From Octopus vulgaris (taxonomy: Eukaryota): a stretch of DNA of 64,000 nucleotides. Made by a program: the position numbers and the translations under genes. Every line of letters begins with the position of its first letter. Position 1 is the first letter of the stretch. This document shows positions 38,321-52,668 of the stretch, piece after piece. The notes below the pieces were generated by a model that saw only the letters and a program-made list of their open reading frames with translations, was not told the DNA's origin and made no database searches. Location of the stretch: assembly GCA_951406725.2 (NCBI GenBank), contig OX597837.1:13082001-13146000 (forward strand), read 5' to 3'.

Positions 38321-40432
38321 GCAAGTTGTTTTCTTTCGATACATAATAAAATTTCAGTGACATGACACTCAAAAAATAAAAATGAAACAAATTATATGAA
38401 ACATTATTGAATAAAAAACATCCTGTACATATATCGTACGTTCTGCTAACTTTAAGTCATAAGCGCAGGCATGGCTGTGTGGAGTGGATGATGATCCTAA
38501 GTTGGACTATGAGGGAATGGTAAATAAGATGGGAAGCTGGAGGAGAATGGCAGAGAAAAAAGGAAGGAGGAAAGGATTAGTGGTAGAGCTAAAAAGCAAA
38601 AAGAAGGGATAGATGAGGTGAGGTGTAAGGGCGAGGGTTATTGATATTTAGGAAACATGTAAATAACGAATCGATATAATTTGTGAACATACTCTCTTGT
38701 TATATATATATATGTATGTATGTATGTTTGTATGTTTGTATGTATGTATATATATATATATATATATATACTCTTTTACTCTTGTATTTGTGTCAGTCAT
38801 TTGACTGCGGCCATGCTGGAGCACCGCCTTTAATTGAGCAAATCGACCCCAGAGCTTATTCTTTGTAAGCCTAGTACTTATACCATAGCTCTCTTTTACT
38901 GAACCGCTAAGTTACGGGGACGCAAACACATCAGCATCGGTTGTCAAGCGATGCTGGAGGGACAAACAGACACACAAATATATACACACACACATACATA
39001 TACATATATATACTTATACGACGGGTTTCTTCCAGTTTCCGTCCATCAAATCCACTCACAAGGCTTCGGTCGGCCTGAAGCTATAGTAGAAGACACTTGC
39101 CCAAGGTGCCACGCAGTGGGACTGAACCCAGTACCATGTGTTTAGTAAGCAAGCTAAGTCATAGGAAGTTATGTGTAATGAATTTCATTAGCTTACAGCT
39201 GTTTCTGCTATAAGATACCATGCACTTATACTGACAAAGCTCTAAGGTGATACACAGGCTCTCAAATATGTGTAGAAACAGCTGTAAGCTTATGAAGTTC
39301 ATAAGATAATTTGTGGTTCCCTTATTATTCATATAACCTCTTATTACACTTTTTGCGGAAGAATATGTATATTGATCTCTGACACCAGGTCATTACTATT
39401 GCTTTGCCTAAGTGAAATCTTCGAATATATATATACTCTTTTACTTGTTTCAGTCATTTGACTGCGGCCATGCTGGAGCACCGCCTTTTGTCGAGCAAAT
39501 CGACCCCGGGACTTATTCTTTGTAAGCCCAATACTTATTCTATCGGTCTCTTTTGCCGAACCGCTAAGTGACGGGGACGTAAACACACCAGCATTGGTTG
39601 TCAAGCAATGCTAGGGGGACAAACACAGACACACAAACACATACACACACATATATATATATATACATATATACGACAGGCTTCTTTCAGTGTCCGTCTA
39701 CCAAATCCACTTACAAGGCATTGGTCGGCCCGGGGCTATAGCAGAAGACACTTGCACAAGATGCCACGCAGTGGGACTGAACCCGGAACCATGTGGTTGG
39801 TTAGCAAGCTACTTACCACACAGCCACTCCTGCGCCTATATATATATAAGAAATTTTGATAAACAGAATTTTATATCATTTGTATGTTTTACCACTGTGT
39901 TTGTTTGGAATCTCTGCATTGGATTGTCCGAGTGCAGTTGGACACTAATCCACAACAGGTCGACAGGAGAATACTTTATGGTATTTTGGTCTCTTAAGGC
40001 AAAATAGTTAGCGCACCGGACGAAATGCTTAGCAGTATTTCGTCTGCCATTACGTTCTGAGTTCAAATTCCGCCGAGGTCGACTTTGTCTTTCATCCTTT
40101 CGGGGTCGATAAATTAAGTACCAGTTATGCACTGGGGTCGATATAATCGACTTAATCCGTTTGTCTCCTCTGTGTTTAGCCCTTTGTGGGTAGTAAAGAA
40201 ATAGGTATTTCGGTCTCCGTAACATAATGCAATAAAGTGTTACCCTGATGACCTGTTATGATTTGGTATCCAATTGTACTTGGAGTGCCCCATGCAGAGG
40301 TTCCAGTCTCTTAGTGGTACTGTTCCATTCTTTTATGGTTGATATAAACTTTGGTGCTTATTCAGTTTTGTTTTCATCACTAACGAAAATTCAAATCATA
40401 ATTGTAACTATAATCCTCTAATTACAGCCATC

Positions 40433-43400
40433 ATGCTGAGTCAAATGCTTAAACCCCTAAAGCTTATTCACTTTTCCTACAATCCTCAGGTAAGCATTTC
40501 AGTTAATCCTTTGAAAAAATAAATCATTGCTCTAGTATTTCATATAACAGGTAAAGACATCAGCAATAAAGTCTCTCACTGCCAGACCAGAAGACTGTCA
40601 GCAATCCTTTAGGACTCTCTCTCTCTTTTCTCTTTTACTCTTTTACTTGTTTCAGTCATGTGACTGTGGCCATGCTGGAGCACCGCCTTTAGTCGATCAA
40701 ATCGACCCCAGGACTTATTCTTTGTAAGCCTAGTACTTATTTTATCGGTCTCTTTTTGGCCGAACCGCTAAGTTACGGGGACGTAAACACACCAGCATCG
40801 GTTGTCAAGCAATGCTAGGGGGACAAACACAGACACACAAACACACACACACATATATATATATACATATATACGACAGGCTTCTTTCAGTTTCCGTCTA
40901 CCAAGTCCACTCACAAGGCTTTGGTCGGCCCAAGGCTATAGCAGAAGACACTTACCTAAGGTACCACGCAGTGGGACTGAACCCAGAGCCATATGGTTGG
41001 TAAGTAAGCTACTTACCACACAGCCACTCCTACGCCTATTTTAAAGACTGTTCTGGGTCAGGACAGCAAAGGGACATATTTCACTTGCTTAAGCCCTTTG
41101 CTTCCCATGACATATAAGCCATCAACAACTTTTTTCCACTTTTTTTTTCATTGTGGCCATGCTGGAGCACTGCCTTGTAAAGATTTTAGTTGACGAATCG
41201 ACCTTCAGACTGACTTTTTTTTTTGTAAAGCCTGTCACTTATTCTAGCAGTATTTTTGCTGAACCACTAAGTTACAGGAATGTAAATACACCAACACTGG
41301 TTGCCAAGCAGTGGATGGGTGGGGCGGGGTGGGGGGTAAATCTATTCTTCCATTTTCTTATTTTGTATTATGAATTTGAGGTAAAACATTTTACCTTCGC
41401 CCATATAATACAATAAATGAATTAATTGCATTGCAATTCTTAGCATTTATGTATTAGCCTTTCTGGGTACTTTACTGACAGTATATTGGATTAATGATAT
41501 CCCATAGTGGGTTACACTCATAACCCCTATCTCACTTTGTAATTTATATATTTATATATATATATATGATGGCTGTCTGCTCATTGGACAAATGTGACCA
41601 CTGCTGGCAAGTGTTAAGTTCCAGCAATGCCCATGCAAATGTTCTAGGTCAAGTGTGGATTGCACCCCACCACGACGACTCTCACTAACAATACCAAGAA
41701 TCCCAGAGACAATTAAAGTGTAAGTAATCAGTCTTGGTGGAGCAGCAAGTTTTACGTACTATTAAGCTTTCACTTAGAGCAATGCCTTGACAAAGACCAG
41801 GGAGAGCTTATTCCCAATGGGATTACTGCCACCTTCGGATACCAACAATTCCACATTCAGGTACGCGTGTGTGTGTGTGTGTGTGTGTGTGTACAGTATT
41901 ATGTTTCTCTTTTATATCTAGGTATTATCTGAATATGGACCAGAGGAATTCAACCATCTCATGGAATGTGTCCAAAATGTGTTGGTCGAAGATGCTATAA
42001 GAAAAAATTTTGATGCAGAGGAACATAAAAAATTTGTAAGTTTTTCTGGCACAACCACAACCACCACTGCCACCATTGTCAACATCCCTACCATGACCAC
42101 CACCACTTGTATAATTTACTAGCAGTATCGCCCGGCGTTGCTCGGGTTTGTTTCGACCCTTTAGAATTGGAATTTTTGAAAAGTAAAAATTTTGCATTAT
42201 GTAGCTTGTTATTCCCTTTAAGTGAACATTTTTCTGGTTGAAATACACCGAAAAATGGTGACACAGCAGTCAAAGAATCATAAAAAAATAAGGATTGTCA
42301 TAGAAAAAAAGCACCTTTTTGATGTAAATAATTTTTGGTGTTAACATGGTCCAATTTGAATTTTTTCTTCTACAGAAGGAAGAGCAAGCCTTCTTCTATC
42401 ATACTCTCAATTTTGGTCGACTTGCGCCGCAGGGTCTATTTTAATTAATTATCTTTTATATAGACACAAGGCCTGAAATTTGGGTAAGCAGGCTAGTTAA
42501 TTACATCAACCCCCAGTACTTGACTGGTACTTTATTTTATCGATCCCAGGAGAATAAAATGTCACAGTGAGATTCGAACTCAGAATGTAAAGAGTTGAAA
42601 CGAATAACTCAAAGTATTTTCCCCAACACACTAACAATTCTGCCATCTTGCTGCATTTTTAAAATTGTGCTTTAATTAATGTACTATAATAGGGAATAAT
42701 GAGCATAATTATTAAAGTGGAACAATGAGCATAATTATTAATGTGGAACAATGAGCATAGTGTGTAATTAGTAAACAATATATCTAATGTACAATATAAT
42801 TAACATTTTGTATTTAGTGCTCTATTTACAATTAGTGAGTTATGTATAGTATATTGTATAACAAGTGTGAAATAGAATTAATGTTACTAACAGATCATTA
42901 TCTTCGTCGTCGTTGTCATCATCATCATCATCATCATCATCATCGTCATCGTCGTCTTCGTCATCATTGTTGTCAGTATCACTGTCATTATCATTATCAT
43001 CATATCATCATCATATCAGCATCATATCATCATCATATCATCATCATATCATCATCATTATCATCATCATCATCATATCATCATCATTATCATCATCATC
43101 ATATATATATATATATAATCAAAATAAGAGACAGGATATCAAGTAGTGATGCAGTACGACCGTTTCAAGCGGCTCCATTTAATTGAACAATGCAATCATT
43201 ACATCATCCTCTATGGACTACAAATTGCACTTAAATCAGGAGCAATTGTGGATGTCGTTCCCTGATTACTAACGGTCCGCAAGGCCCAGATGGCACAAAG
43301 GATATAAATTGGAATTCTCTACGTTTCTGAGTTCTTATCATTTTCGTTTCAGGAACTATGCCAAATGTTTTCTCTGAATCAATAAATATCAAGAGACTGA

Positions 43401-45017
43401 GTAGGTTCTTCTAACAATATAAACTTCTGACCCCTCAACAGGTTTGCCATGCACCCAAACCACTTGGCTCCCTATACTCTATTCTTCTCATTAATCTTTT
43501 CTTTTTTATTTGTAAAAAAAGAAAAAAAAAAAAGAAGAAGAAGAAGAAAAGCTAATTCCAAAAGATTCAAGTTTTAATTCTTTAATATTTCAGATTTATA
43601 TTATTTTGAATGAACTCAAGTTGGCCGAAATGAATTTTAAAGACAAAATAAATGACCATTGTCTGGTAAGTTTTATATTGGCTAAATACCATATTTGAGG
43701 AATATCAAACACACCCCAGCTTCAGCAGCACATATTCAAGGTCGTGAGTTCAATTCCTGGTGGCTCATTGTGTCCTTGAGCAAGACACTTTATTTCACAT
43801 TGTCCCAGTCCACTCAGCTGGCAAAAATGAGTAGTACCTGTAATTCAAACAGGGCCAGCCTTGTCACATTCTGTGTCATGCTGAATCTTTTTGAGGACTA
43901 CGTTAAGGTTACTTGTAACTGTGGAGCGCTCAGCCACTTGCCTGTTAATTTCACGAGCAGGCTGTTCCTTGATCAGATCACCTGGAACACCTGTGCCAGC
44001 ATCACATAAAATGCACTGGTGATGGTAACACATAAAAAGCACCCAGCACACTCTATAAAGTGGTTGGGATTAGGGTGAACCAGAGAAGCCAATAGTAGCC
44101 AAACCAAATCAAACTGAAACCTGGTGTAGCTCTGCAGCTTGGCAGCTTTGGTCAAACCATCCAACCCATGCCAGCATGGAAAACAGACGTTAAGTGATGA
44201 TGATGATCTCCTTATGCAAAACAGTTAACAGGAGTGGATGTGTGGTAAGTAGCTTGTTTACCAACCACACGGTTCCGGGTTCAGTCCCACTGCGTGACAC
44301 GTTGGGCAAGTGTCTTCTACTATAGCCTCGGGCTGACCAAAGCCTTGTGAGTGGATTTGGTAGACGGAAACTGAAAGAAGCCCGTCGTATATATGTATAT
44401 ATATATGTATGTGTGTGTCTGTGTTTGTCCCCCTAGCATTGCTTGACAACTGATAATGGTGTGTTTATGTCCCCATAACTTAGCGGTTCGGCAAAAGAGA
44501 CTGATAGAATAAGTACTGGGCTTACAGAGAATAAGTCCCAGGGTCGATTTGCTCGACTAAAGGTGATGCTCCAGCATGGCCACAGTCAAATGACTGAAAC
44601 AAGTAAAGGAGTAAAAGAGTAACTGAAAACTTTTGCTTAAACATTATATATTCACATTCCTTCTTATAGTTTCATAAAACTTCTCAAATCTTTGTTTCCT
44701 TCTCAGACTCCAGATCAGAACAGACAACTGCGATTGAAGATCTACATGTGTATTGGAAATGTGTGTTTGGATCTCTTCAGACTTTACTGCAGAAAGGCCA
44801 AAGGTAAGTGAATGAATTACTCACTGTTTCTCCTTTCACTTACTCTCATTTGTGTCTTTGTGTATGTATATGCACACGTATGCAGCTAATTTACCCACCC
44901 TTCAAAGCTGTGTAGGTTAAGAAATTCACTTTGTAACTATGTGGTTTTAGGTTTAATCCTGCTGCTAAAACTCCAGAGTAACCAAAGCCTTGGGAATGAA
45001 TTTGGTGGCTAGAGCAT

Positions 45018-45048
<31 letters not shown>

Positions 45049-45329
45049 TCGTCTAAGAATCCATAAGTCAGGAAACAAATGCACTCATATACATGCCAGT
45101 AGAGTGGGTACATCATCCAAAGTGTACAGTATTATACATCTGTTATGGCTGAGCTCACCAATCAGTTTCGCACAGGAGTGGCTGTGTGGTAAGTAGCTTG
45201 CTTACCAACCACATGGTTCTGGGTTCAGTCCCACTGTGTTACATCTTGGGCAAGTGTCTTCTACTATTGCTTCGGGCCGACCAAAGCCATGTGAGTGGAT
45301 TTGGTAGACGGAAGCTGGAAGAAGCCAGT

Positions 45330-45370
<41 letters not shown>

Positions 45371-46593
45371 CATTTGTAAAAAAACATAAATCCAAAAGAA
45401 GCACACTCAAAGATGTAGAGCAGTAAACCCTTTATGGACGGGAAACCTAAGGAAATACCATAAACCAGCCTTCCCCATTTTTAATATATATATATATATA
45501 ATCAAAATAAGAGACAGGATATCAAGTAGTGATGCAGTATGACCGTTTTAAGCGGCTCCATTTAATTGAACAATGCAATCATTACATCAATTTAAATGCA
45601 GTGCCATCTTCAGCTGCGCAAATAAATAAATAGAATTTTAACCAGTTGGACACATTAATATAATTGTCCACATTTTGTGTTAACCATCATTTTAGCAAGA
45701 AGTAACCCGTGGGTGGGTTACAATCAGGATCCAATTGATGCAGTTCATTTCATATCCTTAATTCATGCATGAATGTCAAAACTCTCCATTTTGTCATTTC
45801 CTTGAAAATATGTGTGAAGGCACTTGGCTTACTGGTTTAGGTTTTCCTCTCACAATTGCAAGATTATGGTTTCAATTCCTGAACGAGGTGGGGCATTGTG
45901 TTCTTGAGTAAAAGACTTCATTTCCCATTGCTGTGGTCACTCAGAAGTAAATGGATAATCACAGACTGACATCCAGTTTAGTGGGGTGGATATTGTGATT
46001 TTGGTCAATTATATGCCAAGTGACCAGCCCTATGCCTTCTAGAATTCAAAGCAGTAATGTCCAGCTAAAATTTTAAAAAATCTATATTTCCTCACACCTG
46101 TGGCTTCATTTACCTTGCTCTTAATCGTCCAGATATATAATTAATGATCAGTGGTATTCACTTTAATTAACAGAACTTGACAGTCGTGGAGTGTATACGA
46201 CCATACCCAACAATAGCCGAGCGAGGACTGAACTGGCCACGGAAACTGCAAAGTTGTAAGTGAAATATTGCTACCATCATTACAGTAAACTCCCTTTTTG
46301 TCTTTTTAATCCCTCTTCTCCAAGCATAAAGTTTTCCCCCGACCTGGGGCTTGTAGTCCTGCAAACTATGACAGCCTCACTAGTGCTAGTGGCATGCAAA
46401 AATCACCCTGTACACTCTGAAAGTGGTTGGCATTAGAAAGGGCATCGAGCCATAGAAACCATGTCTAAAGGGCCAGCACATGAGCCAATCGAATCACGTC
46501 AAGCCATTCACCTCTTGTCAGAATAGAACATGGACATGAAATGATGATGATGATGATGATGATGTTGATGACGACGACAACGACGATGAGGAC

Positions 46594-46625
<32 letters not shown>

Positions 46626-49600
46626 GGACGATGATGATGATGAGGAGGAGGAGGAGGAGGAGGAGGACGATGATGATGATGATGACGATGAGGACGATGA
46701 TGATGATGATGTTGATGCTGATGAAAAACTCCCTGTTGTCCAGTGCTCAAATAACTGAAACTCTCAACAACCAGCGACCAAACAAAAAAAAAAAAAGAAA
46801 GAAATATAAATTTGTTGTTAATTAGAGTCAAGAGAATTTGTACTAATATGTGTTTATTTAATTAATTGTCATTAAGAGAAAGAAAGTGTCTACTGAATCC
46901 CAAATGGATTATCGCTCCTCAAAATTCAATTCAGTATTTTATTTTACGGCATTTCCAGTGGTTACGTTGGTCATTCCACATTACTCTGTAAGGAACCCAG
47001 GAAGGTTTGCCAGTCTCTCTGATGTTTATATTCCTCCCCATCTCTCTGGTGTATATATTTTTGTTGGTAACTAAGGGCTTCTCCCTCAGAGTGAAAGGCA
47101 GATTGTATGACGATGCCTGTGTATGTATAGCTATGCTACATGGCAGTGAAACATGAGCTTTGACTGCAGAGGACTTGCAAAAGCTTGAAAGAAATGAAGT
47201 TAGCATGCTCCACTGGATGGGTGATGCCAACGTGCACCCATGACAGAGTGTAAATGATTTAAGAGGAAAACTGGGAGGCATCAGATGTTTTGTGCAAAGG
47301 AGAAGATGTATATATTGGGCTTCATTCAGTTTCCACCTACGAAATTCATTCACAATTCTTTGGTTGGCCCAAGGCTATAGTAGGAGAAACATGCCCAAGA
47401 TGCCACACAGTGGGACTGAACCTGGAACCATGAGGTTGGGAAGCGAGCTTCTTACTACACAGCCATGCATGCAATTTTTTTTAAAGATTTATTTTTATTC
47501 TCTCTGAATTTAAAATTAACAGCTAATTAATTATTCTGTAATTTCTTACAGGCTTGATGTATTTGCCATTCGTCACGCGATTAAAAAAATTGAGACGCTT
47601 CGGTGGAGACTGAGTGATGCAGACCTGCCTATGAGACACCAGTACAGAGAAAAGAAGCTAAGGGTAAAAGACGCAAAAACTGGAGAAATACGGAATTCTT
47701 GTGGTGCCTCATCACACACACACACACACACACACATGCATACAAAAACTTGCACACATTCATACAAATTCTCATATGTGCACTTACATACTCACATGCG
47801 GAAACACTCTCACACACTCATATGAACACTGACACATACATTCACACACACACACACACAGCCATTCACACGCACACACACACAGGGGTTTGAAACCCTA
47901 TTCAGGCCATTGATTTGGTACCTAATGTTGAGAGACAAAATGGCCAAACAGATGAAGTGCTGGGCTTGTAACTCTACTACACAAATTGTGTTGTAGGCAG
48001 CATGTAAAAAAAATTTCTTCTTTTATAATAATAATAATGAAATTATTGTGTACAGTGCTCAGGTGCACCACAACTTGTCAGAAAGTACCTATAAAGTGTA
48101 TGCAGTAATGTACAAATGTCTGGAAAACGAACTATGTATGAGTGAGATACATGCTTGTGTGTGTATGGAGAGGAGGAAATCAGGTGTAGTGTTGGCAAAT
48201 CTCAGAAAGCATGGAAGTTTTGAAGGATGCAGTGTTTTGACAACTAACAACCGATGCCGGCAGTTTGTTCCATGCTTATATTTTAGTGAATTAATTCCAA
48301 AGTTTATTATTACAGTTAAATAATTTCAAACTACAATAATATGCATTGAAAAACATTAATACAATCAAATTATTTCACAAGATAATATTATATATTCCGA
48401 AATATCATATCATATCCAAAATACATTACCACACTCAAATCATTACAAGATTGCTTATTCTAAAATACATTTTTACATTTAAATTACTTCAAAATGCTAA
48501 ATTACATGATTACAAAAATACATAATCAAATATTTGAAAATACATAAAGTACGAACCGGTTTCAGTTCTTGCAGAAGATATTCATAGTTTTGTATATTAT
48601 TCATTTACAGCATTGGCACGTAGGGAGTACGTCAAAGCAAGAAATATTTGTCAAGAATATGTTCCAGAAGTTCTTCAGTGTAAGAAATATATTTTTTTTC
48701 TTTTGCATTTAACGATTATGCATAGAAGACGAAATGTTTCCCTTGATTGCATGACCGGTCCTCAGCCAGGGTCCATATGATCCCTGGGAGTCCTTATAAA
48801 ATTTTTGGGGTCCACATAGCAAAATAGTAAATTGGGGATCCACTATAATATTTTAAGGTCCCTTGAAAAAATTTTGTTTTGATATGTATTGCAAAAAACA
48901 GCCCGGTTTCTTTCTCTAACATTTTACATTGTTCATCCAACACAAATTAATAGGAATTTTGAAAGAAGTTTCTATGAAACTAATTTTATAGACATTGAAT
49001 GCCTATGTGGTGGTGGTGGTGGGGGGGGCACCAGAATAAAACAGTAATCAAAGGGTTCCATAGGCAAAAGAAATGGTTGAGAAACCTTGTGATAAAGTAT
49101 GATTGATAGAGCCACCAGAATCTTTGTTATTAGATAGGATATGATGAACTGAATCAGTGGTGTCCTTGATGCAGGAATGGCTCTGCGGTTAAGAAGCTCA
49201 CTCTGTAACTATATGGTTCCTGGTTCAGTCCCATTGTACAGCACCTTGGGCAAGTGTCTTCTGCTATGGTTGTGTCATTCATTTCTAATATTCTACAAAA
49301 GCAAGTCTGGTCATTGGGAAAATGTCATCTCATTTGGAAAGCTGAGAAGCCCAGTATACCCATCATGACTACCCGTCTGATAAGGGTACACCAGGCACAT
49401 GCATCACAACCATATGTGCGCAACATGGTGATCTCATATCAAGATAAACAGCACCGTCAGTTGGGCTTTATAGAAAGTCAGCAACTAATTGAAGCTTGAA
49501 ATATTGCAACAAAGCAGAAGATTGAATTTTGGGGTTGCGTTTTTGCTATGCCATGAATAGAAGATTTCCTCGATCGATTAGCAGTGACTATGTTGCCTAA

Positions 49601-51212
49601 AATTTGTAGTAAGTTTTGTTTTTCTTTTTGCAGAAATATGGATCATCATATCCTGGGAAACTATATACTGATTACTACAAATATCGAATGCAGATATTTG
49701 AATGTAAGCAAACACTTCATACCATAATTTCTATTGTTGCAACTTGGGTCTTGTTTGTACAGTGAGGGAATAATGGGAGCATTTAGTTACCAGATTAGGT
49801 GAGGTAGTGCCTGTAGCCTTTATAGTCATCTCCGGTTGGTGACATCCCTGGTTGGTTGATATTCACTTTGAATATCTGTAATTTGATGTTCGTAGGAAAA
49901 GTATGAGCAGAGAGGAAATTCTAAGTGGCTGAAGCTCTGCGGAAAAAGTTTTTAGTATGGGGTCTGGAAGAGGGTTGAGACACAGTGTTGAAGAGAGGAG
50001 ATATGATATGTGCACAGAATATGTTTGGATTAAGGGAATATCCGTTTGTTTGTGCAAGAAAGAGCATAGAGCATTATAGTGTCTGTAAACCTTTAGCACA
50101 TCATCATTGTGGCATTCCATTCAGGAAATGCAGAAGCAATGTGACCCAGTTGATAAAGTATCAGCCTACCATCTCATGGAACCCCAGTTCAGTTCCACTG
50201 CTAGTGTCTTATTTTATACACATAAGAATACACTTGAGTTACCATTTTTCTGCAGACCCACACTAGCCCAGTGCGTGTGTCTGCAAGGAACAATTACCAT
50301 GAACAACTACTAGTGCCATCACTATCACCAAAACCACAACTATTTTCACCACCACTACTACTACTACTACTACTATGCCCACACACACAGACCACTACTA
50401 CTACTACTATGCCTCCCACACCACCACTACTACTACTACGGCCCCCCCCCCCCACCACCACTACTACTATGCCCCCACACACATGCCACTACCACCATCG
50501 CCACTACTACTACGCCTCCCCTACACACTACCACCCCCAACCACTACCACCACCACCACCACCACCACTACTACTATTACACCCACACACACACACACCA
50601 CTACTACTACTACTATTACTACTACTATTACACCCACACACACACACACACACCACCACCACTACTACTACTGCTGCTACAGCCTGTTTGTATTGATGTG
50701 TTTCAGTGATGCAAGGCAGAAAACGTCCTGAAGATCCGGAAATTGTTGAGGAATCCGAAAGTCCATCCGTTGAGTCAGTAATAATTTATGATGCTTTTGC
50801 TTTCTTCTGATAATATTCAATGCTTAGCCATTGTTGATGTGGCAGGCCGACCGATGGGTAGATTGATTGGTTTGACTAAGAGACGGACAGATGGACAGGC
50901 TGACAGACAGACAGATAAATAGACAGGTAGACAGACTGACAGACAGACAGACAGATAGGCAAATACACAGATAGACAAACTGACACAGGCAGACAGACAG
51001 ACTAACAGGCTAACACACAGAAAGACTGATTGACAGATAGACAGGCAGACCAACAGACGGACAGGGACATAGACAGCCAAACAGACAGACGGTAAGACAC
51101 AGAGACAGACTGACTGACAGACGGACAAACAGACAGACTGGCAGATAGATGGGCAGTTATACAGACAGACATAGACAAGCAGATAGATAGACAGACTCAC
51201 TGACTGACAGGC

Positions 51213-51243
<31 letters not shown>

Positions 51244-51791
51244 CACACACACACACACACAAAAGCAGGTAGACAGACTGCCAATGATGAAAATGAAGAT
51301 ACTTTTTTTTATTTGTTTATTGCAGAATAATCCAAGCGAAAGTTCCCAAATACCAAGAAACGAAACGCATTAAGGTAAATAATTCTTGCTACGTCCAACT
51401 TGTACTGTTTAATTAACAGAATATTAATGAAATAGTTTGTCCTATAACAATATGTCCAATAACAATGTCTTACGCGTTCACAATATGGCTGGCAGAGACA
51501 AAATGAGTCCTAGATTAAGTAAAAGGGTCAGTACAATAAAGTACCAATATGGCCGCAGTGCAATGACTGACACTCTTTACTCTTTTACTCTTTTACTTGT
51601 TTCAGTCATTTGACTGCGGCCATGCTGGAGCACTGCCTTTAGTCGAGCAACTCGACCCCGGGACTTATTCTTTGTAAGCCCAGTACTTATTCTATCGGTC
51701 TCTTTTTGCCGAACCGCTAAGTGACAGGGACGTAAACACACCAGCATCGGTTGTCAAGCAATGCTAGGGGGACAAACACGGACACACAAAC

Positions 51792-51826
<35 letters not shown>

Positions 51827-52608
51827 CATATATACGACGGGCTTCTTTCAGTTTCTGTCTACCAAATCCACTCACAAGGCATTGGTCGGCCCAGGGCTAT
51901 AGCAGAAGACACTTGCCCAAGATGCCACGCAGTGGGACTGAACCCGGAACCATGTGGTTGGTTAGCAAGCTACTTACCACACAGCCACTCCTGCGCCTAT
52001 AAAAAAGTGGCTAATGACCCTGATAGGACTTGAACCCACAATCTTCGGCTCCGGAGGCCGACGCCTTATCCATTAGGCCACAGGACCAACCTCTAGTGAA
52101 AGAATAATAAAGACAACATATTGTATTCCTGTATGTTATTATTACAAATTAATTTGAACCTCGTGGCAGTAATGACCATATATCTTTCGTTGTATCAGCG
52201 TTCCAATTCTGAACCTCGACTATATTTTGGAGAAAGTATCTTTGAAGAACTTGACATACAGCTTTCAGCTGTGCTTAAAAGGAGCCAGTCTCTTGCGGCC
52301 ATGCATTTACTACCAACAAAGGTAAGATACTTTCACTGTCACTTACACTCTCCGCAGCTTATGTTACTGACACACTAAATTGAACATTGTTGTCAGAAGG
52401 TATTGAAATTGTGATGATATTTGGATTGGCAACTGATGAGGGATTCAGCATGATAGTATCCATTGTGTGATTGTTGGTGTTTCTCTCATTAATTCCTCTC
52501 TCATTGCCCTATGTCACCTTTTGTGTGTGTGTGTGTGTGTGTGGCACATATTCTAGTGCTTAAGTTATTGCACTTACAAACAGGAGATCAAGATAGTCCA
52601 CCACACAC

Positions 52609-52668
<60 letters not shown>

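Noticed and set aside
52432-52470. CTGATGA plus hairpin
   Set aside because: No downstream GAAA or cleavage triplet; incomplete hammerhead.
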